From Acidimicrobiales bacterium (GTDB lineage: Bacteria; Actinomycetota; Acidimicrobiia; Acidimicrobiales; SHLQ01), in NCBI GenBank assembly GCA_020629375.1, contig JAHDDK010000002.1:96720-160719 (forward strand): a DNA stretch of 64,000 bases, given 5' to 3'. This document shows, piece after piece, positions 1 to 10,449 of the stretch (its first letter is position 1; every line of letters starts with the position of its first letter). Position numbers and translations under genes: made by a program. The notes below the pieces were generated by a model, which searched no databases, was not told the DNA's origin, and worked only from the letters and a program-made list of their open reading frames with translations.

Positions 1-1
1 G

Positions 2-1258
2 TCGATGAACCCCACGTCGGTCAAGAAGGGCGAGCGCATGTACGAGATCGCCCGCCGCAATCGGCTGCCGATCATCGTGCTCAACGAATCCGCTGGCGCC
101 GACCTCCCCCGCCAAGCCGACATCTTCATCCAGGGCGGCCAGTCATTCCGCAACCTCACGCAGCTGTCGGCCGAGGGCATACCGACGATCTGCGTTGCCT
201 TCGGACCCAACACCGCGGGCGGCGCCTACGTGCCGGGGATGAGCGACTACACCGTCTTCGTCAAGGAACGCGGCACGGCGTATCTGGGTGGACCGCCACT
301 CGTGAAGATGGCGATCGACGAGATCGTCGACGAGGAGACGCTTGGCGGAGCCGAGATGCACAGCCGCACGAGCGGTCTGTCCGACTGGCTCGCCGTCGAC
401 GAAATGGACGGCCTTCGCCTCGCACGCCGAGTCGTGCGCCACCTTCAATGGAAGAAGCTCGGTCCCGGCCCCACCGAGCCCGACGATCCGCCGCTGCACG
501 ACCCGAACGAGTTGATCGGATGCGTGTCGGCCGACGTCCGGATCCCGTTCGAGATCCGCGAGGTTCTCGCTCGGCTCCTCGACGGCAGCCGGTTCGAGGA
601 GTTCAAGCCGATCTACGGCGACAAGCTCGTGTGCGGGTGGGGGTCGATCCACGGGTTCCCGATCGGGGTGCTCGGCAACAACGGCATCCTCTTCAGCGAG
701 GAAGCGAAGAAGGGCGCCCAGTTCATCCAACTCTGCAACCGCACCGATACACCGCTGCTGTTCTTGCACAACATCACTGGCTTCATGGTCGGCTCCAAAG
801 CCGAGCAGGGCGGCATCATCCGCAACGGCGCCAAGCTGATCAACGCCGTCTCCAACTCGACCGTGCCACACCTCAACCTGATGGTCGGCGCCAGCTACGG
901 CGCTGGCAACTACGGGATGGGCGGTTACAGCTACGACCCGCGATTCATCTTCACATGGCCCAACCACCGCATCGCCGTCATGGGGCCAAAGCAGCTGGCA
1001 GGAGTGATGGACATCGTCGCCCGCAATGCTGCCGCGGGGCGAGGCATCGACGTCGACGAAGAGCAACTCGCCGCTCGCACCGCCGCGCTCGAAGGCCAGA
1101 TCGAGATCGAATCAACGTCGCTGTACTCGACCGGCCGAGTGTGGGACGACGGCATCATCCACCCCAACGACAGTCGCACCGTGCTCGGCATCGCCCTCAG
1201 CGCCTGCCACAGCAACATCGTCGCCGGCACCGACCGCTACGGAACATGGCGGCACTGA
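2..1258 (+). CDS. acyl-CoA carboxylase carboxyltransferase (beta) subunit, methylcrotonyl/geranyl-CoA carboxylase type; 5' end cut by window edge
   Basis: ORF is open to the window edge. Translation carries carboxyltransferase hallmarks ([53 protein letters not shown]). Its stop overlaps the start region of the next gene. Confidence 0.9.
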   Translation, partial: SMNPTSVKKGERMYEIARRNRLPIIVLNESAGADLPRQADIFIQGGQSFRNLTQLSAEGIPTICVAFGPNTAGGAYVPGMSDYTVFVKERGTAYLGGPPLVKMAIDEIVDEETLGGAEMHSRTSGLSDWLAVDEMDGLRLARRVVRHLQWKKLGPGPTEPDDPPLHDPNELIGCVSADVRIPFEIREVLARLLDGSRFEEFKPIYGDKLVCGWGSIHGFPIGVLGNNGILFSEEAKKGAQFIQLCNRTDTPLLFLHNITGFMVGSKAEQGGIIRNGAKLINAVSNSTVPHLNLMVGASYGAGNYGMGGYSYDPRFIFTWPNHRIAVMGPKQLAGVMDIVARNAAAGRGIDVDEEQLAARTAALEGQIEIESTSLYSTGRVWDDGIIHPNDSRTVLGIALSACHSNIVAGTDRYGTWRH

Positions 1259-3324
1259 TGAGGTCTCTGCTGATCGCCAACCGGGGCGAGATCGCCGTGC
1301 GGGTGGCTCGCACGGCCGCACGGATAGGGATCTCGACCGTCGGTGTGTACTCCGAACCGGATCGCAACGCCCTGCATGTCGATTGGGTCGACCTCGCTGT
1401 TGCGCTTGGCGGGTCATCGCCAGCCGAGTCGTACCTGCGGGGCGACGCGATTATCCAGGCCGCGATCGACAACAGCGCCGACGCGGTGCACCCGGGATAC
1501 GGATTTCTCGCCGAGAACGCCGACTTCGCCCAGGCCGTGATCGACGCCGGGCTGATCTGGGTCGGGCCGACGCCAGATCAGATTCGGTTGCTGGGCGACA
1601 AAGTGGCGGCGAAGTCCGCGGCTATTGCTGCGGGGGTACCGACGACCGAGATCGTGGAGCTGGCGCCGGGTTCGATCCCCGACGGCGTACCGATGCCCGC
1701 ACTGGTGAAAGCCGCAGCAGGTGGCGGTGGCCGGGGCATGCGTGTCGTCCACACTGCCGACGAGCTGGCCGATGCGGTCGACGCTGCGGCTCGCGAAGCC
1801 GAGGCCGCCTTCGGCGACGGAACGGTCTTCGTCGAACCCTGGATCGAACGCGGGCGCCACATCGAAGTCCAGATCATCGGCGATGCGCACGGCAACGTCG
1901 TTCATCTGGGCGAACGCGAATGCTCGATTCAGCGCCGCAATCAGAAGGTCTTCGAAGAGGCGCCGTCGGCGGGGATCTCCGACGACACCCGCACCGCGAT
2001 CCTCGATGGAGCCATCGCGCTCGCCCGCCATGTCGGTTACGAGAACGCCGGCACGGTCGAGTTCCTCGTCGGCGACGACGGAACGATCACCTTCCTCGAG
2101 GTCAACACCCGTCTCCAGGTCGAGCATCCAGTCACCGAAGCGGTCACCGGTCTCGACCTCGTCGAGCTGCAGCTACGGGTCGCCCGAGGAGAGGTCCTGC
2201 CACTCACGCAGGACCACCTGACGATCGACGGTCATGCGATCGAAGTACGGGTCGTCGCCGAGGATCCGAATGCCGGATGGCTTCCATCGACCGGCCCACT
2301 CGACATCGTGCAGTGGAGCGACGGCGTGCGAGTCGATGCCGGGTTCCGCTCCGGCGACGAGGTGTCAGCCGAGTACGACTCGCTGATCGCGAAGGTCATC
2401 TCCCACGGACCCGATCGGACCACCGCCGCCCGTGTACTCGAACGGGCACTTCGGCGCAGCCGCGTGGTCGGCGTTCGTACAAACCTCGACATGGCCGCCG
2501 CCGTACTTGCCGAGCCCGACTACCTCGCTACCGCCACGCCCACGGCCTATCTCGACGAGCATCCCGACGTGCTCTCCGCGAGCGGCCCGATCGGCGCCGA
2601 CCTCGACGCTCTCGTCCTCGCAGCGACATTCGCCCTCGAGTCGGCAAACCGTGCCGATGACCGGGCGCTCGGCTTCGCTCCATCCGGGTGGCGCAACCTT
2701 CGGACTCAGGGACAGCGAAGGACCTGGTCGGCAAACGACACGGTGCATCACGTCGAGTACGTCCGCCTCGGTGATCGCGCCGATGTGCTGCTCGGCGACC
2801 CGCCCGAAGCCAACGAGACCGGAGCGCTCGTCGAGGATGTCCGTCGGTCAGCGGCGGTGCGGATCCTGGCGTCGGTTGCGATCGACGATCCCGCCAGCGA
2901 CCGCGCCGGACCAGGCGTCGACCGCCGACAGATCGACCTCGAAGTCGATGGCGTCCGCCACGCCATCCGCGTCGACCTCGATCAGCGAACCGATGCAACC
3001 GTCGCCCACGCCGCGAGTTTCGCCGGCGCGATGTCGTTCTCGCTGACCCCACGCTTCGTCGACCACGACGCGACCTCCGAGGACGGCGGACCGATCTGCC
3101 CGCTTCCCGGCACGGTGCTCGCCGTACACGTCGCCACCGGAGACGCCGTGGTCGAAGGTCAGCTGCTGATGGTCGTCGAGGCAATGAAGATGGAACATCG
3201 CATCACCGCTGGATCGGCGGGCATGGTCGAGCACGTCCGGTTCGCCGAGGGCGACCGAGTCGACGCCGGCGACCTGTTGGTCGAGCTCAGCGACGAAGAA
3301 GCCGACACGCCGACCGATGCCTGA
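1246..3324 (+). CDS. acyl-CoA carboxylase alpha subunit (biotin carboxylase + C-terminal biotinyl carrier domain)
   Basis: Long ORF 448-3324, but the recognisable protein starts at ATG 1246 ([24 protein letters not shown]). ATP-grasp motifs are present, and a C-terminal EAMKMEH biotinylation motif. The region upstream of 1246 is Arg/Pro-rich out-of-frame overlap with the beta subunit. Confidence 0.9.
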   Translation: MAALMRSLLIANRGEIAVRVARTAARIGISTVGVYSEPDRNALHVDWVDLAVALGGSSPAESYLRGDAIIQAAIDNSADAVHPGYGFLAENADFAQAVIDAGLIWVGPTPDQIRLLGDKVAAKSAAIAAGVPTTEIVELAPGSIPDGVPMPALVKAAAGGGGRGMRVVHTADELADAVDAAAREAEAAFGDGTVFVEPWIERGRHIEVQIIGDAHGNVVHLGERECSIQRRNQKVFEEAPSAGISDDTRTAILDGAIALARHVGYENAGTVEFLVGDDGTITFLEVNTRLQVEHPVTEAVTGLDLVELQLRVARGEVLPLTQDHLTIDGHAIEVRVVAEDPNAGWLPSTGPLDIVQWSDGVRVDAGFRSGDEVSAEYDSLIAKVISHGPDRTTAARVLERALRRSRVVGVRTNLDMAAAVLAEPDYLATATPTAYLDEHPDVLSASGPIGADLDALVLAATFALESANRADDRALGFAPSGWRNLRTQGQRRTWSANDTVHHVEYVRLGDRADVLLGDPPEANETGALVEDVRRSAAVRILASVAIDDPASDRAGPGVDRRQIDLEVDGVRHAIRVDLDQRTDATVAHAASFAGAMSFSLTPRFVDHDATSEDGGPICPLPGTVLAVHVATGDAVVEGQLLMVVEAMKMEHRITAGSAGMVEHVRFAEGDRVDAGDLLVELSDEEADTPTDA

Positions 3325-4120
3325 CGACATCTACACACACGGCCACCACGAGTCCGTGCTCCGGTCACACACCTGGCGATCCGCAGAGAACTCGGCCGGC
3401 TACCTCCTCGAGCACCTAGCCGGCTCACAGACGCTGCTCGACGTCGGATGCGGGCCCGCCACGATCACATGCGACTTTGCGGAGCGGGTCGAATCTGTCG
3501 TCGGCATCGACGCTGCGAACGACATCGTTGTCACCGCCACGGAAACGGCACGAGCCCGCAGGGTCGAGAACGTCTCGATCGAGGTCGGGTCGGTTTACGC
3601 GCTTCGGTTCGATGACGACACCTTCGACATCACCCATGCGCATCAGGTTCTGCAACACCTCACCGACCCGGTCGCCGCGCTCCGAGAGATGATCCGGGTG
3701 ACCAAGCCCGGTGGACTGGTCGCAGTGCGAGACGCCGATTACCACGCAATGACGTGGTTCCCGGCGATCGACGAGCTCGACCGGTGGATGGAGATCTACC
3801 AGGGAGTCGCGCGACGCAACGACGCCGAGCCCAATGCGGCACGACACCTGTGCGCATGGGCGCTCGAAGCCGGTGTCGAAAGAGAACGGATCACCGCATC
3901 GATCGACACGTGGTTGTTCACGCAGCCCGCCGATCGACAATGGTGGGGCGACCTCTGGGCCGACCGCACGGTTGCGTCCGCTTTTGGCACCCAGGCGCTC
4001 GACTACGCACTGACCACGGCGGACGAACAGCAACAGATCGCCGACGGCTGGAGACGATGGATCGACGAGCCAGCCGGATGGTTCGCCGTCCCGAATGGCG
4101 AGCTCCTCATCCAGATCTGA
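3317..4120 (+). CDS. class I SAM-dependent methyltransferase
   Basis: Motif I LLDVGCGPATIT and a later acidic loop. The 267-aa ORF overlaps the upstream stop by 8 nt. Confidence 0.8.
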   Translation: MPDDIYTHGHHESVLRSHTWRSAENSAGYLLEHLAGSQTLLDVGCGPATITCDFAERVESVVGIDAANDIVVTATETARARRVENVSIEVGSVYALRFDDDTFDITHAHQVLQHLTDPVAALREMIRVTKPGGLVAVRDADYHAMTWFPAIDELDRWMEIYQGVARRNDAEPNAARHLCAWALEAGVERERITASIDTWLFTQPADRQWWGDLWADRTVASAFGTQALDYALTTADEQQQIADGWRRWIDEPAGWFAVPNGELLIQI

Positions 4121-4135
4121 TCAGCAACCCCAACC

Positions 4136-4166
4136 GGTCACGTTGGGGTCAGACACCAACGTGACC
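4136..4166. repeat. palindromic repeat unit, variant B (GGTCACGTTGG-GGTCAGACA-CCAACGTGACC)
   Basis: Perfect 11-bp inverted arms around a 9-nt loop, 16 nt after the methyltransferase stop. Bases 4145-4166 are the exact reverse complement of 61579-61600. Confidence 0.8.
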
Positions 4167-4199
4167 GACACCGACGTGACGAGGCGGTCCCGTCGCAAC

Positions 4200-4215
4200 G
4201 CTCGTGGCCACGAGC
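4200..4215 (+). promoter_or_regulatory. 16-nt perfect palindrome GCTCGTGGCCACGAGC followed by TTCTT, in the 5' leader of the ABC-F gene (terminator/attenuator candidate)
   Basis: Palindrome read directly from the sequence. The T-tract is weak, so the function is uncertain. Confidence 0.3.
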
Positions 4216-4291
4216 TTCTTGCTACGGTGGAGCCCGTGAAGCACTGAGATCCCTCCCTTCCTGTCTGTCGTTGCGACCCGAGGAGATCTCT

Positions 4292-5935
4292 GTGCATGCC
4301 CAACTCATTGTTCAATCACTCACGTGCGCCCATGGCCCTGACGTCGTGATCAGCGATGCCACGTTCACCATCGCAGCCGATGCCCGGGTCGGTGTCATCG
4401 GCCCGAATGGCTCCGGCAAATCGACGTTGTTCCGGACGCTCGCCAGCCTTCACGAACCCGAATCGGGATCGTGCACCGTGATTCCGTCGGCTGCAACGGT
4501 CGGACTCATGCCCCAGCAACTCGACCCCACGCACGCCACGGTCCCCACCGATCGATGGCTCCGTGCCCACTCGGGCGTGGGCGCCATCGAAACCGAACTC
4601 GAGCTGGCATCGGCTGCAATCGGTCAATCGGCGGACGCCGACGACCGTTACGACCTGGCTCTTCGGCGCTTCGTGGCGATCGACCCAGCCGGTTTCGACG
4701 AACGAGTTCGGGCCATGCTCGACGAGGTCGGTCTGGGTCACGTGCGCGTGCACCAACCAGTCGGCACGCTGTCGGGAGGTGAGGGCACTCGCCTGCTTCT
4801 GGCCCTCGTCGGCCTCTCGAGCGCCGACGTCCTCTTGCTCGACGAGCCGACAAATGGGCTCGATTCAGAAGGTCTCGTCGTCCTCGACCAGCTGCTCATG
4901 CGCCGCCAGGGGCCAACGGCTGTGATCTCTCACGATCGGGCGTTCTTGTCTGGCTACGTGACGACAGTGCTCGAAGTCGACGGCCACGCCCGGACCGTGA
5001 CCGAATACAACGGCGGGTACGACGCCTGGCTCGAGGCTCGCGCCACAGCACGACGGCACGCCGAGCACGCATACACGGAGTGGGCTCGGACACGCGACGA
5101 ACTCGTGGATCGCGCCCGCCGACAACGCGAGTGGTCCGAACGTGGCGTCCATCGGGCGCGGCGGACCCAAGAGCCCGATCGCAACGTTCGTCAGTACAAG
5201 ATCGAGACCGGCGAACAGCTGGCGGCCAAGGCGTCGCGCACGCAACGAACCTTGGACCGCCATGACGCCGACCGGGTGGAGAAGCCATGGGACGGGTGGG
5301 AGCTACGGCTGAGCTTCGCCGAAGCACCGACAGCCGGAAGCGACGTCGCTCGCCTCGATGGAGCCGTGCTGCAACGAGGTTCCTTCCGCCTTGGTCCGAT
5401 CGACGCCGTGCTCGTTTCACGCGACCGGGTTCTGCTGACCGGGGCGAACGGGGCGGGAAAGTCGACGATTGTCGATGCCCTCCTCGGAGACCTCGAGCCC
5501 GTCGAGGGCTCATCGACGTTGGGCCCTGGAACCGTTGTTGGCCGGCTTGGCCAGGCGCGCAATGACTTCGGTTCGGGGCCACTCATCGATGCCTTCATCG
5601 CCGCAAGTGGATGTTCGATGGCCGACGCTCGGAGCGGGCTCGCCAAGGTCGGGCTGGCGGCGGACCATGTGGAGCGCTCGATGGGCTCGCTTTCGACCGG
5701 TGAGCTCACCCGCGCTCGACTTGCACTATTCGCCGCTCGCGAGGTCAACACGATCGTGCTCGACGAACCAACCAACCATCTCGATCTCGAAGCGATCGAA
5801 CAGCTCGAGGCCGCTCTCGCATCATTTGGCGGGACACTCCTGGTGATCACCCACGACCGACGCATGATCGAGAACCTCGACCTCACCCGCCGGTGGCACC
5901 TGACCGACGGCGTGCTCCGAGACACCACCGCCTGA
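4292..5935 (+). CDS. ABC-F family ATPase (two nucleotide-binding domains, no membrane domain)
   Basis: Two Walker A sites (GPNGSGKST, GANGAGKST), two signature/Walker B sets and an Arg/Glu-rich interdomain linker. GTG 4292 is preferred as the start because AGGAGA lies at 4281-4286; the track ORF begins at 4271. Confidence 0.85.
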   Translation: MHAQLIVQSLTCAHGPDVVISDATFTIAADARVGVIGPNGSGKSTLFRTLASLHEPESGSCTVIPSAATVGLMPQQLDPTHATVPTDRWLRAHSGVGAIETELELASAAIGQSADADDRYDLALRRFVAIDPAGFDERVRAMLDEVGLGHVRVHQPVGTLSGGEGTRLLLALVGLSSADVLLLDEPTNGLDSEGLVVLDQLLMRRQGPTAVISHDRAFLSGYVTTVLEVDGHARTVTEYNGGYDAWLEARATARRHAEHAYTEWARTRDELVDRARRQREWSERGVHRARRTQEPDRNVRQYKIETGEQLAAKASRTQRTLDRHDADRVEKPWDGWELRLSFAEAPTAGSDVARLDGAVLQRGSFRLGPIDAVLVSRDRVLLTGANGAGKSTIVDALLGDLEPVEGSSTLGPGTVVGRLGQARNDFGSGPLIDAFIAASGCSMADARSGLAKVGLAADHVERSMGSLSTGELTRARLALFAAREVNTIVLDEPTNHLDLEAIEQLEAALASFGGTLLVITHDRRMIENLDLTRRWHLTDGVLRDTTA

Positions 5936-5971
5936 CAACAACCGAAGACCTCCGAGGAGCAGACTGACCAC

Positions 5972-6706
5972 ATGGCGACCGCACGAACCACCTTCTTGAC
6001 CGAGCTCGGTGCCGAGATCGACGTCGACGACTTCGGCCTCACCCGCACGATCGTTCGACTCGAACCCGACAGGGCAGGCTCAAACATCGTGGTCGGTTAT
6101 CGAGTGGGCGAGACCACGATCATTCGCTCCGAACCCGATCACGGTGGCCTTCTCGAATCGCTCGAACGCGCCGACGAGGCACTCGGCTACGAGACGTTGC
6201 GGGCGTGGGCAGCCGACAACGGTTGGGAGGAGTTCGACGGGAACCACACGCACGTCCTCGAAGACGGGCAGCTCCGGACCGCCCCCATCCCGTCCGGCCT
6301 TGCGCTCGTCCGGCTCGACGCCGAATCGGACGGTGACGAGATCCGGGCCTTCCTCGCATCGAACGACCCCGACGACGTCGAGGCCGCCGACTTCGAGCCC
6401 GACGAGCTCGACCCCCACATCGTCGGATTGCGTGACGGCGACGGCGCACTCGTCGGCGTCGCCTCCGCGGTCGAGTGGGAGGAAGGCTCGGCGTTCGCCG
6501 ACATTGGCATCGTGATCGGCGACGCCGTTCGGGGCCGCGGCGCTGGCCGAGGCTTGGTGACCGGCTTGATCGGTGTGCTCGACGAGGCGGGGATGCGGCC
6601 CCTCTATCGCTGCAACTGGACCCGCCCGATCAGCCGAAAGCTCGCCCTCGGCCTCGGCTTCGATCAAGTCCTCGAACTCATCGCATTCCGCCCCGCCAAC
6701 CCCTGA
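5972..6706 (+). CDS. GNAT-family N-acetyltransferase-like protein
   Basis: The C-terminal half has an acetyl-CoA loop-like RGRGAGRGLV and a GNAT-like ending. The N-terminal half is unassigned. Confidence 0.6.
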   Translation: MATARTTFLTELGAEIDVDDFGLTRTIVRLEPDRAGSNIVVGYRVGETTIIRSEPDHGGLLESLERADEALGYETLRAWAADNGWEEFDGNHTHVLEDGQLRTAPIPSGLALVRLDAESDGDEIRAFLASNDPDDVEAADFEPDELDPHIVGLRDGDGALVGVASAVEWEEGSAFADIGIVIGDAVRGRGAGRGLVTGLIGVLDEAGMRPLYRCNWTRPISRKLALGLGFDQVLELIAFRPANP

Positions 6707-6777
6707 GTCACTTTGGGTCAGACACCCTGTCGCTAGTGGCCTTGGACGTGAGACGCGGACATGCCCGGTGCTCTCGG

Positions 6778-7908
6778 TCAGCACGACCCGAGTGCGACTG
6801 CAACCGCCTCCCGGAAACCGGCGTCGTTGATCGCGGCTGGATTGCTCTCGATCCGTTCGACCTCTGTCTGAGGGATAGCCGCAGCGACACATTGAGCCTG
6901 TGCTGCGCTGAGGTCCGAGGTGGCGAGGATGACCTCGGCCAGATCTGAACGAAGATCGAACTGCTTGTTCGGGTCGATCCCTAGAAGGACGCCGCAGCCA
7001 CGTCCGGCCTCGACCAAGTCGTCGAACTCCGGGGTACCGGGCGTGAACGCTGCGTCGAGTTGGTTGAGTCGATCGAGCTGCTCATCGGAAAGCGCCTGAA
7101 CGATGCAACGAGCATCTGCAGCACTCATCCCGGTTGCCACGGTGAGGACACCGGCCAACTCCTCGCGGTCGAGTGTCATCGCCTCCTCGGCGCAGCCGAG
7201 CGCAAGCTCGAGATACTCGTCTCTGGCCGAGGCTGGGAGGTCCCTCCAGTCGGATCCCTCGGGTTGATCTTGCATTGCTTGAGCCGTCTCCGCGGACATG
7301 GTCGACAGACATTCGGGCTCGAGCCCCGGAAGATGGGGATTGTCGATCCGACCGTCAGCCACTGTGGAGTCGGCCATGCTGGCGTCGGTCATCTGCGAAG
7401 GTGCCGCTCCGGACAGAAACGTGTCGAAGTCCGCTGTCCGGAGTTGGGAGTCCGAACAACGATCAGCCTCGAAGCGTGCCACGCCGCCGACGGCTGCTTC
7501 GAAGCTCACGCTGGTGAGAATTCTGCCTCCCGAATTAGGCGACGACAGCACGTCGTCCAGCGAGTCTTGATCGGCAATGACATCCATGGCTGCGAGCAGT
7601 GCGACCTCCAGAGTCGAGAGGTCGTCGGCAATCTCCGTGGGGTGCGTCGAGGACCCAATCAGCTCGACGTGGCTGGCGAGGAGCGTCACCGCGCTCGAGG
7701 CTGTCCGAGGATCCACGAGGGCCCAGTCCTCGGCACGCTGCCCGACTGCTGCACACCACGCGTCGACGACGTCGCGCGTTGACGCGGTCGCAACGGTTGT
7801 CGAAGGTGCGCTCGTCTCGGCCGGCAACGCATTGGTGCCGCCGAGGCAGGCAGAAAGACACAACCCCAGGATCGCCAACGCAACCACACATACCGCACGA
7901 CTTGTCAC
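6778..7908 (-). CDS. hypothetical lipoprotein (acidic, Cys-containing, with two ~35-aa internal repeats)
   Basis: GTG at 7908 gives VTSRAVCVVALAILGLCLSAC, a signal peptide plus lipobox. Repeats: MSAADARCIVQALSDEQLDRL and LSAAQAQCVAAAIPQTEVERI. The longer track ORF (to 8010) adds an Arg/Pro-rich leader. Confidence 0.55.
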   Translation of the reverse strand: MTSRAVCVVALAILGLCLSACLGGTNALPAETSAPSTTVATASTRDVVDAWCAAVGQRAEDWALVDPRTASSAVTLLASHVELIGSSTHPTEIADDLSTLEVALLAAMDVIADQDSLDDVLSSPNSGGRILTSVSFEAAVGGVARFEADRCSDSQLRTADFDTFLSGAAPSQMTDASMADSTVADGRIDNPHLPGLEPECLSTMSAETAQAMQDQPEGSDWRDLPASARDEYLELALGCAEEAMTLDREELAGVLTVATGMSAADARCIVQALSDEQLDRLNQLDAAFTPGTPEFDDLVEAGRGCGVLLGIDPNKQFDLRSDLAEVILATSDLSAAQAQCVAAAIPQTEVERIESNPAAINDAGFREAVAVALGSC

Positions 7909-8056
7909 GTTGAGCGAGGGTACCGAGCCGTGGCGGTCAAGGCCAGGCTCGAGACTGCGCCCCCGATGAGACGGTGCAAGACGGGAGGGACGACAGACGT
8001 GGCTTGCCACGGCTCGTCCGGTTCGAACCTGTTGCTATGTCAGACTTGACCCCACG

Positions 8057-9838
8057 ATGAGTACGCCCATACGGATCGCCAACTGCTCGGGGTACTTCGG
8101 GGATCGACAGTCGTCGGCGAAGGAGATGGTCGAGGGCGGCCCAATCGACGTGCTGACCGGCGACTGGTTGGCCGAGCTCACCATGTTGATCCTCCGTCGG
8201 ATTCGAGCGAAGAAGCCGGGCGGCGGCTACGCGGGAACCTTCGTCAAGCAGATGGACGACGTGATGGGCACCTGCCTCGATCGAGGCATCAAGGTGGTCA
8301 CCAACGCGGGAGGCCTCGACCCCGACGGTTGCGCCGAGGCGGTTGCGCAGGTCGCCGAAACGCTCGGGCTCTCGCCGACGATCGCCTGGGTCGGCGGCGA
8401 TGACCTGACCGACCGGTTCGCCGACCTGGTCGCCTCGGGCGACGTAGGCCCATTCGATGGCGCGCCGATCGACCCCGAGGGGATCCTCACCGCCAACGCC
8501 TACCTCGGATGCTGGGGCATCGTCGAAGCACTCGAACGGGGCGCCGACATCGTGATCACCGGTCGCACGACCGACGCCGCCGTCGTATGTGGGCCTGCCG
8601 CATGGCATCACGGATGGGGGCGCAACGACCTCGACCAGCTCGCCGGTGCCGTTGCGGCTGGCCACGTGATCGAGTGTTCGGCACAGGCGACGGGCGGCAA
8701 CTACAGCTTCTTCACCGAGATCGACGGGTGGGGCGAGATCGGTGGTCGTGCTCGGTTCGGTCACCCCTGGGCTGAGATCGCCAGCGACGGGTCTGCGGTG
8801 ATCGGCAAGCACGACGGCACCGGCGGCGCAGTCACCGTGGGCACGGTCACCTCGCAGCTTCTTTACGAGATCGGCGCACCGGCATATCCCGGTCCGGACG
8901 TGACGGCTCGCTTCGATGCCGTCGAGCTCGAAGAGATTGGCCGCGACCGCGTCCGGATCAGCGGAGCGGTCGGCGAGTCACCGCCGGCGACGCTCAAGGT
9001 GGCAACCAACCGGATGGGAGGGTTTCGTAACTCGATGACCGTCGGCTTGGTCGGCCTCGACATCGACGCGAAGGCGGCCCTGTGCGAAGCGGTCTTCTGG
9101 GACGCCTACCCGTACGCGCCCGACGAGGTCGAGAACGTCTCGATTTCGCTCAGCCGAACCGATCACCCCGACCCGTCATCGAATGACTCTGCCACCGCTC
9201 GGTGGACGATCACCGTGAAAGATCCCGACTCGCACAAGGTCGGACGCGCGTTCTCGAACGCGATCACGTCGACGGCACTCGCCAGTATCCCGGGCATGCA
9301 CGGGCTGAGCGGTGCTCCCAAAGGCGCCGACCCGTTCGGCATCTATCAGCCGGCGACGGTGACCCGAGACATCGTCCCGCAGTACGTGCACCTGCTCGGC
9401 GGCGAAACCACGATGGTCGACTCGGGGTCGCCCGGAACGAAGAACGTCGACGTCGATCTCGAAACCTCGGGACTAGACCCGGGTCGGCTGCACGAATCGA
9501 CGCCGACGGTGGATCGGCCACTCGGCACGATCATCGGGGCTCGCTCTGGCGACAAAGGCGGCGACGCCAACCTCGGGGTCTTCGCCCGAAGCGATGAGGC
9601 CTGGCACTGGCTCGACGCGTTCCTCACCGTCGACCAGCTCCGCGCACTGCTGCCCGAGGCCGCCGAGCTCGACATCGACCGGTACCGCCTCCCGCGCATC
9701 CGGTCACTCAACTTCGTCCTGCACGGCTTGCTTGGCGACGGCGTCGCCGCAAGTACTCGGCCCGATGCCCAAGCGAAGTCACTCGGCGAATGGCTGCGTG
9801 CGCGGGTCGTGCCGATCCCAGCGTCACTCGTCGACTGA
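8057..9838 (+). CDS. acyclic terpene utilisation AtuA-family protein (DUF1446 with C-terminal DUF4387-like extension)
   Basis: N-terminus IRIANCSGYFGDRQSSAKEMVEGGPIDVLTGDWLAELTM is typical of AtuA/DUF1446. The C-terminus contains ARSGDKGGDANLGVF. Confidence 0.75.
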   Translation: MSTPIRIANCSGYFGDRQSSAKEMVEGGPIDVLTGDWLAELTMLILRRIRAKKPGGGYAGTFVKQMDDVMGTCLDRGIKVVTNAGGLDPDGCAEAVAQVAETLGLSPTIAWVGGDDLTDRFADLVASGDVGPFDGAPIDPEGILTANAYLGCWGIVEALERGADIVITGRTTDAAVVCGPAAWHHGWGRNDLDQLAGAVAAGHVIECSAQATGGNYSFFTEIDGWGEIGGRARFGHPWAEIASDGSAVIGKHDGTGGAVTVGTVTSQLLYEIGAPAYPGPDVTARFDAVELEEIGRDRVRISGAVGESPPATLKVATNRMGGFRNSMTVGLVGLDIDAKAALCEAVFWDAYPYAPDEVENVSISLSRTDHPDPSSNDSATARWTITVKDPDSHKVGRAFSNAITSTALASIPGMHGLSGAPKGADPFGIYQPATVTRDIVPQYVHLLGGETTMVDSGSPGTKNVDVDLETSGLDPGRLHESTPTVDRPLGTIIGARSGDKGGDANLGVFARSDEAWHWLDAFLTVDQLRALLPEAAELDIDRYRLPRIRSLNFVLHGLLGDGVAASTRPDAQAKSLGEWLRARVVPIPASLVD

Positions 9839-9939
9839 TCTACGCGCCCGCGGCTGAGGCGATCGAACGCTCAACGGCCGAATGTCCCACTTCTCGCACC
9901 CGGTGATACGAACGACTGGGTGCCGGACACAGACAGGGT

Positions 9940-10449
9940 GTGGTGCAGGCGATGACCGACCGACGATCGACATTCGAGTCGATCTATCGCGCCCATGTGG
10001 CAGCGATCGGCCGGTATGCGTCTCGTCGGGCGTCCGCCGCTGATGCGGTCGACGTCGTCGCCGAAACGTTCGTCGTGGCGTGGCGACGAATCGATGAGAT
10101 CCCCGACGAACCGCTCCCCTGGCTGTACGGCGTCGCCCATCGGGTTCTGGCCAACAGTCGGCGCGGCGAGGTCCGGCGGAGCGCGCTTCACGACCGCCTG
10201 CACGCCGAATGGGTACGGCCGGTCGAACCAACACCAGCGACCCTCGAGCCGCTTCGTCTCGCCCTCGATGGGTTGAACGAAAGCGATCGCGAGATCCTCC
10301 TATTGGCCGCGGTCGAAGAACTTCGACCGGCCGAGATCGCCGTTGTGCTCGACATCTCGCCGGAGGTCGCCCGCAACCGCCTCAGCCGGGCCCGCTCGCG
10401 CCTGCGTGACGCCCTTACCGACTCACCAGAGGAGGACTGCGATGACTGA
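9940..10449 (+). CDS. ECF-type RNA polymerase sigma-70 family factor
   Basis: Region 2-like VAETFVVAWRRIDEIPDEPLPWLYGVAHRVLAN and region 4 HTH LRPAEIAVVLDISPEVARNRLSRARSRL. An alternative ATG start lies at 9952. Confidence 0.85.
   Translation: MVQAMTDRRSTFESIYRAHVAAIGRYASRRASAADAVDVVAETFVVAWRRIDEIPDEPLPWLYGVAHRVLANSRRGEVRRSALHDRLHAEWVRPVEPTPATLEPLRLALDGLNESDREILLLAAVEELRPAEIAVVLDISPEVARNRLSRARSRLRDALTDSPEEDCDD

Noticed and set aside
448-1245. N-terminal 266 codons of the 958-aa track ORF
   Set aside because: The translation is Arg/Pro/His-rich and lies entirely inside the well-supported carboxyltransferase gene in another frame. The recognisable biotin carboxylase sequence starts at 1246.
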